A stretch of 64,000 nt of DNA from Paraspadella gotoi (lineage: Eukaryota; Animalia; Chaetognatha): assembly GCA_051294375.1 (NCBI GenBank), contig CM119270.1, positions 9,864,016-9,928,015 on the forward strand. Direction: 5' to 3'. Every line of letters begins with the position of its first letter. Positions within the stretch are counted from its first letter, which is position 1. This document shows positions 10,001 through 20,400 of this stretch, piece after piece. The position numbers were made by a program, and so were the translations under genes. A model generated the notes under the pieces. That model was not told the origin of the DNA. It did not search any database and saw nothing but the letters and a program-made list of their open reading frames with translations.

Positions 10001-11294
10001 ACGTCGCTACACCCGGGCTCCCGGCTCCTCCAAACACGTGCACCAGCGGCTCGTGGATCTCCAGCGTCTTCATCGATTCATCCGTATACCAATGATAGCG
10101 AAACGCGGCCACGTCTTTGGGATGTAGCTCCACTTGATGAAAAAACCCTTTAATGTCCGCCGAGATCGTGTAACGTTTTCGACGGAACTTTAGTAACATG
10201 CCAACCAAAGGAGTGAGATTGTCTGGCCCCGGAATCAAATGATCATTCAGGCACGTCCCTTTCACCTTTGATGACGCATCCTGACATAAACGGAATTTGC
10301 CCGGCTTGTCCGCGCGAGTCACTACCAACAGCGGCGCAAAAAACTCCGGTTGACCCTTTGGAGGATGGTCGACGATCGCCTTCCTCGAGTGTCCCAATTT
10401 GATCGTCTCCTCCATCGTCTTGAATACTCCCTCTCGAACGACCGGATCTTTCCTCAATTTCGCCGCCAACTTTCTCGCTCTGTTCTCGGCACTCTTCGTC
10501 ACGTCGTCTGTAATGGTCTCGAAGAACTTCGCGGTCTTCTCCCTTCCCCGTATCCATGGTGACGGCGCTACATAGTGACCCGTCTCCTCGTTAAAGTATA
10601 TTTCCCCTTCCAACTGTTCGTACGCGTAATCGTCTTGTGCTGACGAGTGTTGTACTTCGGATGGATACAGCTCCGACCCCTTCAACAAAAAATCGTGGCG
10701 AAACATACTCGCAATTAGATATTCTAATTTCTCAGTCTCCGGCAGAGTCGAGCAGCAACTCAAATGATCCCCTCCTTCATTTTCGCTTGCCCCGACCAAT
10801 GTCCACCCAAACTTCGTCTTTAACGCCATTGGGTATCCCTCTGGCCCCGTCCTCGTCTCTCCGCCCATCCATGCGTGTGCAAGTCTTGTGTCGATGATCA
10901 TCTCCACCGAATCTTCGTCCAACTCATCAAACTTTACTCCTTCCATGTAATCGTAGTCCGTGATTTCGTGGTTTTTTGTCGGTCGGTCGGTCTCGGTCGT
11001 CAACACATCGCCGATTAGGACTTTTCTAAGTTCAGTAGTAAACGTGCCGTCTAAATTAGATATTTCAATGTCTGCGTAATCTCTCCATGCCCGTGTAATT
11101 TTGTTGTAAGTTGTTAGGTTTGTAAATTCTGCGTATGTCTTCAAGTCTAATTCTTGCGCTAATCGTGACGACACGGCCGAGCGGGTCGCCCCGCTATCTA
11201 GCATAGCGTACGTGGTTGCCGTTTTGTTATCGTTTTTTATCACTATTGGAACAATTGGCCTAAATGCTCCCGTAACCACGTACGCGGCAGCTAG
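7098..11294 (-). CDS. pol: BEL/Pao Pol: aspartic protease, RT, RNase H, DDE integrase, C-terminal domain
   Basis: MLDSGAT; SADIKGFFHQV, FGGAGSP, IYVDDYL; FCDAS, PRLELNAA, ENPADLTSRG; HAG..CVEC, GLDCFGP, SDNGTN, GGIWERMVK; FWHRWITEYL. Uninterrupted, in frame with gag. Confidence 0.97.
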   Translation of the reverse strand, partial: LAAAYVVTGAFRPIVPIVIKNDNKTATTYAMLDSGATRSAVSSRLAQELDLKTYAEFTNLTTYNKITRAWRDYADIEISNLDGTFTTELRKVLIGDVLTTETDRPTKNHEITDYDYMEGVKFDELDEDSVEMIIDTRLAHAWMGGETRTGPEGYPMALKTKFGWTLVGASENEGGDHLSCCSTLPETEKLEYLIASMFRHDFLLKGSELYPSEVQHSSAQDDYAYEQLEGEIYFNEETGHYVAPSPWIRGREKTAKFFETITDDVTKSAENRARKLAAKLRKDPVVREGVFKTMEETIKLGHSRKAIVDHPPKGQPEFFAPLLVVTRADKPGKFRLCQDASSKVKGTCLNDHLIPGPDNLTPLVGMLLKFRRKRYTISADIKGFFHQVELHPKDVAAFRYHWYTDESMKTLEIHEPLVHVFGGAGSPGVATFVLQYHGKKLSQLKEFPPEVVSAFFLKIYVDDYLDALDGIKEARKMRKDMTEAMKRGGFELTKWQASDERILLDDPRQDGDEEVEKKEETSETEKNEELEDDLERIAENALPEDPALDQHDSKVLGVGYNARKDVFFVRVTEKSEKEVNTRREMLKLVASVFDPLGFVAPVVLKGRITLQKVVAAGLDWDDKLPEELHTTFDEWRKKMIHLKKIRIPRWTAIVGLDSVRTKLIAFCDASLDGYGAALYIKKENKDGDKCRVTLLYAKAHVVPIKMQEKIILSNQLDHLDSMPRLELNAARLAAQLRDLMIRESGEEFDEITMLTDSVTVIRWIRDWNKRFKTYENFRLKTIRLLSRPSEWKYVPSQENPADLTSRGIEADDKEKWSTFHNGPKWLSLTKDRWPITDDLESIKKKKENTVNLAAVHEDSQYSAIELVFANATTKYPKKELGEEKEDWVIRITEKVSDWAKKVRRIAYFTKAIRALIENRRREKRKERIEKEKIRITGEDFRKAEKRLIKAIQRKGFENELFELIKLGVTSPNAHKELRNRSSKIVSLNPFVDEEGMMRTGGRLGNSKTMTYENKHPIILPKDDENVNSLIRYEHVTLFHAGACATFHSLRQKFTLMGGRLAVEKIVRRCVECQKNFKATKPQRMGELPDFRVNQAIPFEVTGLDCFGPFQVKHAGRGLNKKNVVLLTCLTTRAITFEILKDMSAQSMLNALIRFKNSYPGLRTLVSDNGTNLTGAHHEIERQLQKLKEDEKVSEGIAKKGITWTFGPPNAPHWGGIWERMVKETKKHLTAVLPQELDIDTFATVLSEIAGILNRRPITHESSDPKSEIALSPMNMLYPYLYTSTSLTILPYAASEGDSMRASWKQVREIADAFWHRWITEYLISLQERTKWRTSTEALKEGQIVLLVEPNAPRDHWKIGRVVELKGDGPTKREAIVRLADGRTFRRHHKALVQLELEE

Positions 11295-11297
11295 TCA
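11291..11297 (-). promoter_or_regulatory. Stop-codon readthrough motif UGA-CUAG at gag/pol junction
   Basis: Minus strand ACA TGA CTA GCT GCC GCG TAC GTG; pol continues in the same frame. Confidence 0.75.
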
Positions 11298-13721
11298 TGT
11301 CGTCGTCTCCTCCTTCACCGATCCCTCCCGGTGGAGCGAAGCGTGGTGACGCCTTCCGCATGTTTGGCATCCCATGAGGTTTGAGCATGATCTCGCCTGA
11401 TGACCCCTTCCGAAGCACAGCATGCACAGCCCTTTCTCTTTCATCCATGCCGACCTCGCTTCATCCCCCAGCTCCAGGAACTTCGAACATACTCCCGTGA
11501 AATGTGTCTTCTCACAGAACTCACACTTTGACCTTCTAGGACCTCTTGGGGCGTGGGTGTTCGGGTCCGAGTTCGGGTTCGGGTAAGTTTGTTTTGTCGT
11601 TGTTTCGGACTTTGTCGTTGCCGCTGCTCGAATCGCCACATTGTTACGGTGAAATCCGTACGTTCTCGCGCTTGGATTGTTGTTGTCACTCGTCTTTTCG
11701 TTGTTGTTGTTTACGTGATTTTGTTTCAATAGTAATCCTTTTCGTTCGCTGACCTTTGATAATTCCTTTATTAGTTCAATAAAGTCTCCAAATTCCATTT
11801 CAAGGTTCCCTTTTTCCCGATCCTTCCCTTTCAATATGGCCATCTCGTGTCTTATCATCTTTTTCGAAACCGGATCCGCGAGAAATGGCAGCTTTTTGGA
11901 AATGATCTCAGTGTATGTTTCTTGAGTTGAGAATGTGGCGGCTCGATTCGTTTCCTTGGCGCGAATGTGAAATTTCTCCATCTGGAGAATGAATGTACGC
12001 ACGCCGGCATGATCTTTATCGGACAATTTTGGACCTTTTAATAAGTCCTCTAGCATCTGTTGGGCGGTGAAATTCTTTCTACCGAATTCTATTGTCAATG
12101 CTGTTTTCACACGGACGATGGCCTCTGAGAAGTTCCCTGACGCCTCATGTTGTGAAACAATGATGCCAGCATCTCCATCAAAGTATTCGCGGAGTTCGGC
12201 CATAAGCATCTCATCCGTAACGCCAACGATATGGTTTAATGACTCGAATAGATTCATCTGTGACTCAAAATCCACTCGACGATCCTTTCCATTAAATTTA
12301 AGCTTAGGGCGTTTCTGTCTCATTAAGCTTAGTGCTTGTTGTTGTGTTTGAAGAATGCAGAGTTGTGTAAGAGCGTCCTCGCGTGATTTCTCGACTGGCG
12401 ATTTAATGTTTTCTCTTCCCTCCAGCTGCCGAGCGGGCGACGCGGTACGGGCACAGCAACAACTATCGCGGACGGGCGGCAACCTCGAGAACGATGGCGA
12501 CGCCTCAATCACGGGATTCCCACATCTCTCCGACGGTTCTCTCGTGAGAATTGATAAAGGTGCCGGCGGAGGTGACGGCGTTACTACGAGTGACGGCGGC
12601 GGCGGGCGCGGCGGAGGCGTCGGGCGCAACTGCGGCGGAGGACACGGCGGCGGCGTTACTGTAAACGACGGCGGCGGCGGGCACGGCGGCGGGACAAACG
12701 CGCGCGGAGATTCGGTGGTTACGGGCTTGACGTTAGGCCTCGACGGTCTCAGCGGCGGCGCGGCTGCGGCGTGGTTTTCCCTTTCCATCAGGATGCGTAC
12801 TGCTCGGCTAAATTCCTCTCCCGCCTTCCTTTTCATCTCTCGCAGCTTGTTCATTATCTCATTATCCGCTTGTCCCTCGTTGTTTGCCCTTTCACCCCCC
12901 CGTTCTCTCACCGTAGTGACGACGACCTTCGGTGCCGTGGTGGATAGTGGCTTCGCTTCCTCTTCGGCGGTGCGTTGACGGTTCTCTCGGGCGTGATCTT
13001 CACGGAGGTTCCGTCCGCTTCGGTGACTCCTCGCGGTCGACGTAGGAGCGGCTCCTGATTTGCACGAATACAGGTCCTCGTCAGTACTATTGTCGTTTGC
13101 ATTGTTTAAATGTTCTTTCGCCAATCTATTTTTTCTTTCCTCCTTCCTCTGATTATATCTTATTTCGTTCATGTTCTCTTCTAACTCTATTTTCTTTCTT
13201 TCTCTCTCTTTCTTACGGTATTCCATCTCGAGCATTCTTTCCTCCAGTTTCTTTCTTTCCCTCTCCTCCTCGATCTCAATCATTTTTTCTTCTAATTCTA
13301 ATTTCCTTTTTTCTGTCTCTTTCTTCCTCCTAATAGCCTCCATTTCTAATTTTTCGTTCTCCTCCTCATCCAGTTCGTTTACTAACCTTCGACGTTCGGC
13401 CTCACGTGATGATTTCGACGAATGTGAATTTACGGTAACATTTCTCCTTGACGACGCTACGCTGGTTCTCGACGACGCGGGCGATGCGGACGGCAACGTC
13501 GTACCATGTGGCGAAATCGGCGAGTCGGACGTCGCTTCCAGCCAGCTTCTTATGCGCGGTAACGGACTACTATGGTGTAAAGGTGGGTTGGGGTTTTTTG
13601 CGGGAGAAAACGGCGATCCCTCCAGTTCCTCGACGGTCTCTAGATCCTCAAATTCCTCCTCCCCCTCTTCCTCTTCCTCAGATTCCGATCTCGACTTCGA
13701 CGCGGCGCGCGGATCGCTCAT
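11295..13721 (-). CDS. gag: BEL/Pao Gag: coiled coil, Pro-rich repeats, capsid-like region, three Zn knuckles
   Basis: CEFCEKTHFTGVC, CMLCFGRGHQARSC, CQTCGRRHHASLH at C-terminus; first ATG at 13721. Confidence 0.93.
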   Translation of the reverse strand: MSDPRAASKSRSESEEEEEGEEEFEDLETVEELEGSPFSPAKNPNPPLHHSSPLPRIRSWLEATSDSPISPHGTTLPSASPASSRTSVASSRRNVTVNSHSSKSSREAERRRLVNELDEEENEKLEMEAIRRKKETEKRKLELEEKMIEIEEERERKKLEERMLEMEYRKKERERKKIELEENMNEIRYNQRKEERKNRLAKEHLNNANDNSTDEDLYSCKSGAAPTSTARSHRSGRNLREDHARENRQRTAEEEAKPLSTTAPKVVVTTVRERGGERANNEGQADNEIMNKLREMKRKAGEEFSRAVRILMERENHAAAAPPLRPSRPNVKPVTTESPRAFVPPPCPPPPSFTVTPPPCPPPQLRPTPPPRPPPPSLVVTPSPPPAPLSILTREPSERCGNPVIEASPSFSRLPPVRDSCCCARTASPARQLEGRENIKSPVEKSREDALTQLCILQTQQQALSLMRQKRPKLKFNGKDRRVDFESQMNLFESLNHIVGVTDEMLMAELREYFDGDAGIIVSQHEASGNFSEAIVRVKTALTIEFGRKNFTAQQMLEDLLKGPKLSDKDHAGVRTFILQMEKFHIRAKETNRAATFSTQETYTEIISKKLPFLADPVSKKMIRHEMAILKGKDREKGNLEMEFGDFIELIKELSKVSERKGLLLKQNHVNNNNEKTSDNNNPSARTYGFHRNNVAIRAAATTKSETTTKQTYPNPNSDPNTHAPRGPRRSKCEFCEKTHFTGVCSKFLELGDEARSAWMKEKGLCMLCFGRGHQARSCSNLMGCQTCGRRHHASLHREGSVKEETTT

Positions 13722-14074
13722 CAAAACAACAGGACAATGCCCTAACACATACGGTACGGAACTGCTTCAGACTCTCCATCTAATACATGGCGTACGCGGT
13801 CGGTTTCGAATATAGGGTGCAATGCAATGATTGTGACAGTTCATGAAACAACGCCCGAACGCGTTCACGGGCTCCATTAGCTTGTGCGCGGTTGGGCCGA
13901 GAGATTAGCCTTGGCTTTCTTGATACGCATCGAAAAACTTTCTAATTCATGTTTTAGATTTTACGAACGCCCGTACTCCACGTTCAGTTGCATTTTTGGA
14001 TCATTAAAATATTGTTTTTTTATCTGCCAAGGCCTCACTCATGCCATCTCGCTGGCGGCGTAGGGCCTGGTCAT

Positions 14075-14083
14075 ACTCACTTT
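14075..14083 (-). promoter_or_regulatory. Candidate major splice donor in BEL 5' leader
   Basis: AAA|GTGAGT between the 5' LTR and gag; motif match only. Confidence 0.35.
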
Positions 14084-14427
14084 GGCGTCGTTCGGGTGTT
14101 AACACGCCTCTTCTCCGTTCCTTCAATCCTTCCGGTCCTCGTCCTCGTCCTCGGCACGATTGCCGTGGTCGACGTACGTATCAGTGGATTGTCAACGTGT
14201 CGACCGGGTTTCCAAAAAACTGGCCCGAAAATTTTTTATTCCCAAAAAAATTTTCTCCTTCGCAAGAACCGTGTCCCCAGCGAAGCTCGAAAGCCCGACG
14301 ACGTACAAAACTATTCGCCAGGATATTAGAAATTTCAGCTGAAGTTCGGTAGAGACCAAAGGTCATCCTATTTCGCGCGCGCTCTCGGTTTTAGCCAATG
14401 TCCCACCCATTATTTTTTAGTTTTGAA

Positions 14428-14799
14428 TATAAAGTAAAAAGGCTATTTTCGAGAACCTAATTTAATGTCTGTCTATCAAGTCACAATGCCAGTGTTAGAC
14501 ACGTACAAGTATTGTATTTAATTGTAGTGACAGTTCAAAACCTTAACAGTGTCAATTGATGTAAATAAATCAATTATTATTTCAAGTGTATTTCATTAAA
14601 TACTTCACTAAATCAAGCAAGTGAGCATTGACCGCGAATCATCAGCAACTACTTTGTTTTATTTTCATCCCTCGCCGGCTCCGCTTCTCTCTGCAAACTG
14701 GCTAAGAGATAATTCTAACTTGCCTAGATACGAAGTAAACAACACGGTTTCTAAGAGTCGGATTCGTCATTAGCAGCGCCTCGTCGACTATTCGGCACA
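14428..14799 (-). repeat. 5' LTR of BEL element
   Basis: Longer copy of 707-1017; starts TGTGCCG (minus) at 14799; no recognisable tRNA PBS; inner end uncertain (~14399-14428). Confidence 0.9.
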
Positions 14800-14872
14800 C
14801 TATTCTATGATTGTTTCTACGTCGTTTCTCTACAGTCTTTATTTACAACTGTAGTTCACAAGCTTCGGCGTC

Positions 14873-17440
14873 TCAGCTTTCCATCTTGTGGAGTTTTAGT
14901 CGCCTTCTGTGGTACTTCAGGTTTTGGCCACCAATTGAGACAACAAACAGTGGATTTTCAGACAACAAAGTGATTTCCGTCTCTTTCGATGACCCTGTGC
15001 GGCCCGGAATAAATTCTCTTGACCTTGTTGGCAGCCGTGGTAGTTCCAGAGACGATCAAATCTCGTCTTGCCAGGACCAGATCTCCGACCTTGATTGTTT
15101 CCGGTCTCCTATACGGGTTATTCCGGGTCGATTTGTTGTACAGTTTTGTCCTTTGATCCGCGAGATCGGACCTGGCCTTTTCTTGCCTTTCGGCCCTCTT
15201 TTTGATGAAGTCGATGAGGTTTCTCTTGGTATAATCGTCTGCTGCCTCAACGATTCTTGGTCTGTGGCCGAATTGTACTTCGTGGGGAGACATTTCCGTC
15301 TTCCACCCGATTATCGGCGTGGCATTGAGTAACAACATGAGGTGGGGGAGTTGTTCAAGCCATTTGCTAGGTTTGTCTTCTACTGCTTTCCTTAATGCTT
15401 GTCGTATCCTGCCGATATCTCTTTCAGCCCTATTGCTGTCTTTTCTCCCCACTAAGACTCGTCTTCCTACAGTGTCGAGGAGGTCGAGAATCGACCTCAT
15501 TGCTTTTCCGTTCAGTTGCGTCGCTCCGTCGAAGTTGATTTCCATGTAGGATCCATGGTGTAAGAAGATGTTCTCGTCTAAGGCTTTAACGACGGTCTCT
15601 GCGTCAGCTCGGCGAAGGGGAATGGCCCATGTGTAAGCTGACGCATTATCTGATGCCACGAGGACGTAATTATAACCGGCAGCTGGAGGCATATGCATCA
15701 CATCTATACTGAGAGATTCCCAGGGTGAGATGGCCAGGTTAGGTGCAGAGGGGGTTTCGTTATGTCTTTGTGTGTCGGTTGCCTTTGCGCAGTTGTCGCA
15801 GTTTCTGACACACTTTGCTGCTGCGCTTGTTAGTCCTGGTGACGAGATATACTGCGCCGCTATGAAGGCTGTGCGGTCGCGTCCTGGGTGGCCGAAGTGT
15901 TTGTGGATCTTGTCCACAATCTCTTCGGCCCTATTTGGGGGAATGACAAACTTTATTGTTTGGTTTTGGTTTTTATATCCCCTGATGACGAGGATGCCGT
16001 TCTCTGTTACATCAAGATCCGTGAGGCTATTTGCTAAATATCTTTCTGTAAGGGTTTTTCGCTTCTCCATCTTCTTGTTGAGAAGCTCTTCTGCGGTCTG
16101 TCGGTCATGCTTTTGTAATTCTCCTATTACGATTTTAAACAATTCGTCTTCTCCTTGCCATGTTTTGACGATGGATGCCATAGGGAGTAATTTTTCATCC
16201 TTGACATGCGGTTGTGCTGATTCCTCAGCCACAGCGGCTTCGGTGATGTCAATGCCTGCTTCCAAGGTGCTGTCGACCATGGCTTCCATCTTGGCTCCCA
16301 GCCATGTTGTTTCCACCATCTCTATCGCGGAGCTTGTGGTTTCGTTTGGCTTCAGTTCGCCTCGTGCCTCCTTTCCTTTGTTTTCGAGTGTAATGTTAAT
16401 GAGGTCCTCGGGGAGACGGTCTGCCTGATGTCTGCTAGCAACTGAGTGTCTTGGCCTTCCACGTCGTTCCGGTTGTCGTAGGTCGGACACCTTGATTGTC
16501 TGGATTAGGTCGCCAGCAGGGTGATGCAGGGGGCGTTGGGGGGCCACATCGCTAATCAAGCTAACTTGGCCCGTTATTGTCCTGAAGATCTTTATTTTTC
16601 TCTTCCCATTCGGGCACCCATAGATTTTCTCATATTTGCACCCAGTTTGTTGCATGGATTCTTCCTCCATCATGATGATGGTGATGCTGCTCATCTCGCT
16701 AAGAAGTTCGAGCTCTGGATGACCTAGACTCCAATCCTTGGCCGAAATTGTTCTGATGAATGTGTCAGCATCCTTGGTTTTAGGTTTACCGTACAGTTTC
16801 TGGATATTTGGTTTTCTCTCTGTGAATTTTTGACGGACAAATTCGAAGAACCTTGATCTAAAGGTCTTGACATCTTCTTGGAGAGTTTGTGCCATGAGCG
16901 TTAGTGTTGGTGCATGACCTGTGATGAGGTCGAGGTGTTCTGGCGTTTGCTGCCCCTCGATCGGGTTCTCGGCGAAGCCTGCCTCGTAATTTCCTTCCAC
17001 ATCGAAGCCTGCAGGGAAGAAGGGGGTGTCTAGAGGGGTCACCTGCCCTTGATCCGTGAAGCGTGTGAGGAAGTCAGCTGGGTTATCCTCACTTTTTACG
17101 AGTATCACTTCCTTTGGCTGGCACTCTTGGCGGATTTCGGTGATCCACCTGAGGACGTTCGTGGGGAGAAGTTGCTGTTTATCGTGCTGCATGTCCATGA
17201 TCCTCTTAAAGTATTGAGAATCCGTGACAAGGGTTACTCTTCTGCCGCATGTGTAACCTTTGAATTTTCTAACCATCATGTTGAAGGCCAGAGTTTCAAG
17301 GATGTTAATGTGTTTAATTCTATACTCCTCCGGGAACGACTTGGAGTGGAATGATAACGGGTATTCTACGCCGTCGGCTGTTGCAGTGATAAGCCCGCCA
17401 TCGCACTGGTGCTGGCGTCGGCGTATATCCTATAGGATCC
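14873..17440 (-). pseudogene. pol: Gypsy pol 3' half: RNase H, OTU-like insert, AT-hook, integrase
   Basis: YADAS (frameshifted, ~17420), VTDSQ, NPADFLTR; HFGHPGRDRT..CDNC, PWESLSID, FDGATQL, AERDIGRIR, YSGPHRV. True C-terminus FVVSIGGQNLKYHRRRLKLHKMES* is shifted by a short tandem duplication at ~14940-14972. Confidence 0.9.
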
Positions 17441-17495
17441 GTTTTTTATCCTAGCATCGTTTAGAAAATTTAATCCGGGGGAGCTTTTAATTTCG

Positions 17496-20400
17496 TTATG
17501 AGAGTTTGCAGCATGGCGACATGTTTATCGGTAAGTTTAAAGTCTTTCTTGTCAAGGAGGGTGAGGCGTGAAGAGGTTGGGCAATGTAGGAAAAACGATG
17601 TGTGAAACATCTGTAGTAGTTGAGGGAGGCAAGCATCGCTCTTAATTCCTTTTGAGTTTTGAGCGATTTTAGCTTGACTTCGACTGCCTCGAGTTTTCCT
17701 TTCTGCGGCATGAGTTTACTCTTGGAGATGCTGAATCCCAAGATCTTTATATCCTCTTTGCGGAGGAGTACGCTCTTGGTCCACTTGAGGACGACATTTT
17801 CATCTCTGCATCTTTGGAGGAGGTCGCGGAGTCTCTGCGCCATGTCTTCAGGTGATTTGGCTGTTAAAATCAGGTCGTCAACGTACACTAAGAAGCTTTT
17901 GACGTCCGTTCCCAGGTCCTGGAAGATCTCGTCCAGAATTGCTTGCAGCACGTTGACGCTGTTGACTCCCCCCATTGGTAGCTTATTCATCCACCAATTG
18001 TGGCCAGCTCCGGCAAAAGTCGTGACGGGTTTACATCGTTCTGACAAGTTCACTTGGTGAAAGCAAGCGAGGATGTCTACGGAGCATTGGAGCTCATGAG
18101 GTTTATATTGTTCAAGGATCGACGTGATGGTCTGAGGTTCAGTGGCGTAAGTCGAGATGTTGTTATTTACAGATGAAAGGTCGCAGATGAGTCGCCACTG
18201 CTTTGCAAATGTTTCGTCGTTCATTTCATCTTGCCCCTCAGCTATGTGTCCTGGCTTTTTTATAAGGAAGGCGTTCGAATAGGCTTCGTTCCTTGTCCTG
18301 GAGACAATACCCGCCTTCTCATATACTTCCAGGTATCTTTTTAATGCTGCTTTTTTGACCGGTCCCTGATTTGCAAATTTTGGCTTGGGGAGATCCTCTT
18401 CAGTGAAGCCAAGGTCTACTCTGTAGTTAAGGAAGCCCTCTTTACAGTCGTTTATCGTTTCGCCGAATACGTCTCTGTATTCCCAGACAATTTCCCATAC
18501 TAGGTGAGCTTTTTGCTGTAGGCTGGGATCGACGTCCTTGAAGGGTTTGAGGAAGGCTTCCTTGCCCCTTGCATCATGCTTGTGCCGCCTATTTTGTCGA
18601 GCCTCTTCGACAGCTCGTATCTCCTCCTCTGAGGGCTTATGGTGGATAATTGTAGTGGCTGGGATATGATCTTTCCTTACTTTTCTAAGGAGAGGTCTTT
18701 CGCCTGATACATCAGCCTGGACAGGTTCAGCTGTTGCTTCTGTTACCAGGCCTAGATCCGTTTTTGCCTCATTCGTGATGAGAGGTCGTGCGTAGCCCCA
18801 GCTTCCAGGTTTGGCATCGATCTCGACGCCCTCTCGGAGCTGGTCTCCATCGACAATGTAAGCTGTGTTATCATTTGACGATTCGATAATCCATCTTGAA
18901 CCGGCAAGTGTTTTCCAGTAAGGCCTGCTAGAAGTGAGCTTTACTGTCCCATCAACATCTCGCTCGCCGTGTATTGGTAAGACTGTTTCCTCATCTAGGT
19001 TGCCTCTCGCGAGCCATCTGGCAGCTTTTAGGGCGTCATGCTTGTCCCTGAAGAGATGGGTGATTGGTTTCCCCATCATTGAGGCGATCTGTAGGTCCTC
19101 CCTTTGGGCGGAGGGTTGTACCACCCAGAGCTGTTCTGCAGGGCCTGGGTTGGTTACGGCGGTCCCTATAATGATGTCCTGATCGTCCTCATCAGCAGAG
19201 ACATAGAAAACCGTTTTTAAGACCCACTTTTGGAACATGACCCTGAGGTCAATCCTTTCGGTCAGCGTGATTGTTCCTGTTGCTGTTGACAGGCGAAGGG
19301 GTGGGCCATGGTAAATGTTGTTGCCCAGAGACCATTTGTTGACAAACTTTCTTGGGATGGTATTAACGGAGGCTCCAGTGTCATACAAGCAGCTTGCTGG
19401 TACTCCTGCAATGACCGCCGGGATATAACTATTTTTGCCAGAGTGACAAGTTTTTCCAGTGTCATCCCTTGGTTCTGGGCCTTGATCTCCGTTGATGATG
19501 TTTACTATCCGGTCGGGAAGGGGTGGCATCACCTTTTCATCCTTGGTGGTATCGGGTTTGGTTGCTGGTTGGAGGAAGTATTCTGGCTGATGACATTCCA
19601 GTTCCACCCGCCTGATTGTGGCCTCGTGCAGGGATTCCCCTGACTGTTCTCCTGCTATGATTTTGTATGTTGGGTTTCCCTTATCGCCAGTTGGTTGTAA
19701 TTTTCTGAGATTTGATCTTTCTCCTCTCCTGTCCGGGTTTGGCCTGTTTTTAGGCTTGATCATAACGGGTTGATGAGCGGGGGGAGGGGTTTCAGTGATT
19801 TNNNNNNNNNNGGGTGAGTTTTGGGCGGTGGGCATGGTGATTTTGGGATCTTTGTCCTTGCTTCGACCCGCCCTGCGCGCAAGTTTGGCGCATGCTCTCG
19901 ACCTGGTAATCCTGGCCTTCTTTTCGCCTGCGTCGACCTTAGTCCAATCCCTCCAGCCTAAATTGTGCAAAAACTTGTTTGTGAGGGCTATTTCTTTGGC
20001 GCTGAGTGGTCTGAGGAGCTTGTGCATCCGTGATGCTGTAGACTTGCCTCGGAGCTGGTGAGCAGTTTCGGCAAGGGCTTTTGTTTTTTGTCTGTCCGAT
20101 GAGCTGATGCCAATTGTTTCTACTTTCATGACTTTTTCTCCAAGTGACTGATAGTTGTTTTTTAGCTTGGCTTGTTGTACATCTCTCTTGACTTTGTTGG
20201 GTTTATTAATCACCCGGGTGTAAAAGTAACTGTTTTTGTTATCAAATTCATCGGCAGATTCGGTTTTAAGATTTTTGGCTAAGTCCACTAGATCGCGACG
20301 TCTCCCAAAACCTGGGCCCTTATTTTCCCTCTTGTCGTCGCGCCAATTTGGCCACTTCTCATTTTTCCGGTCGCGAGGCCTGTTTCCGGCCTTTCTTTCA

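Larger units (their letters stand above)
707..14799 (-). mobile_element. BEL/Pao LTR retrotransposon, ~14.1 kb, with long post-pol accessory region
   Basis: Direct repeats 707-1017 and 14428-14799; PPT abutting the left repeat; gag with BEL-type triple Zn knuckle; pol order PR-RT-RH-IN with Pao motifs. No TSD found. Confidence 0.95.

Noticed and set aside
14340-14427. PBS of the BEL element (TGGCTAAAACC or TGGTCTCTACC)
   Set aside because: I could not match either to a tRNA 3' end; left unresolved.
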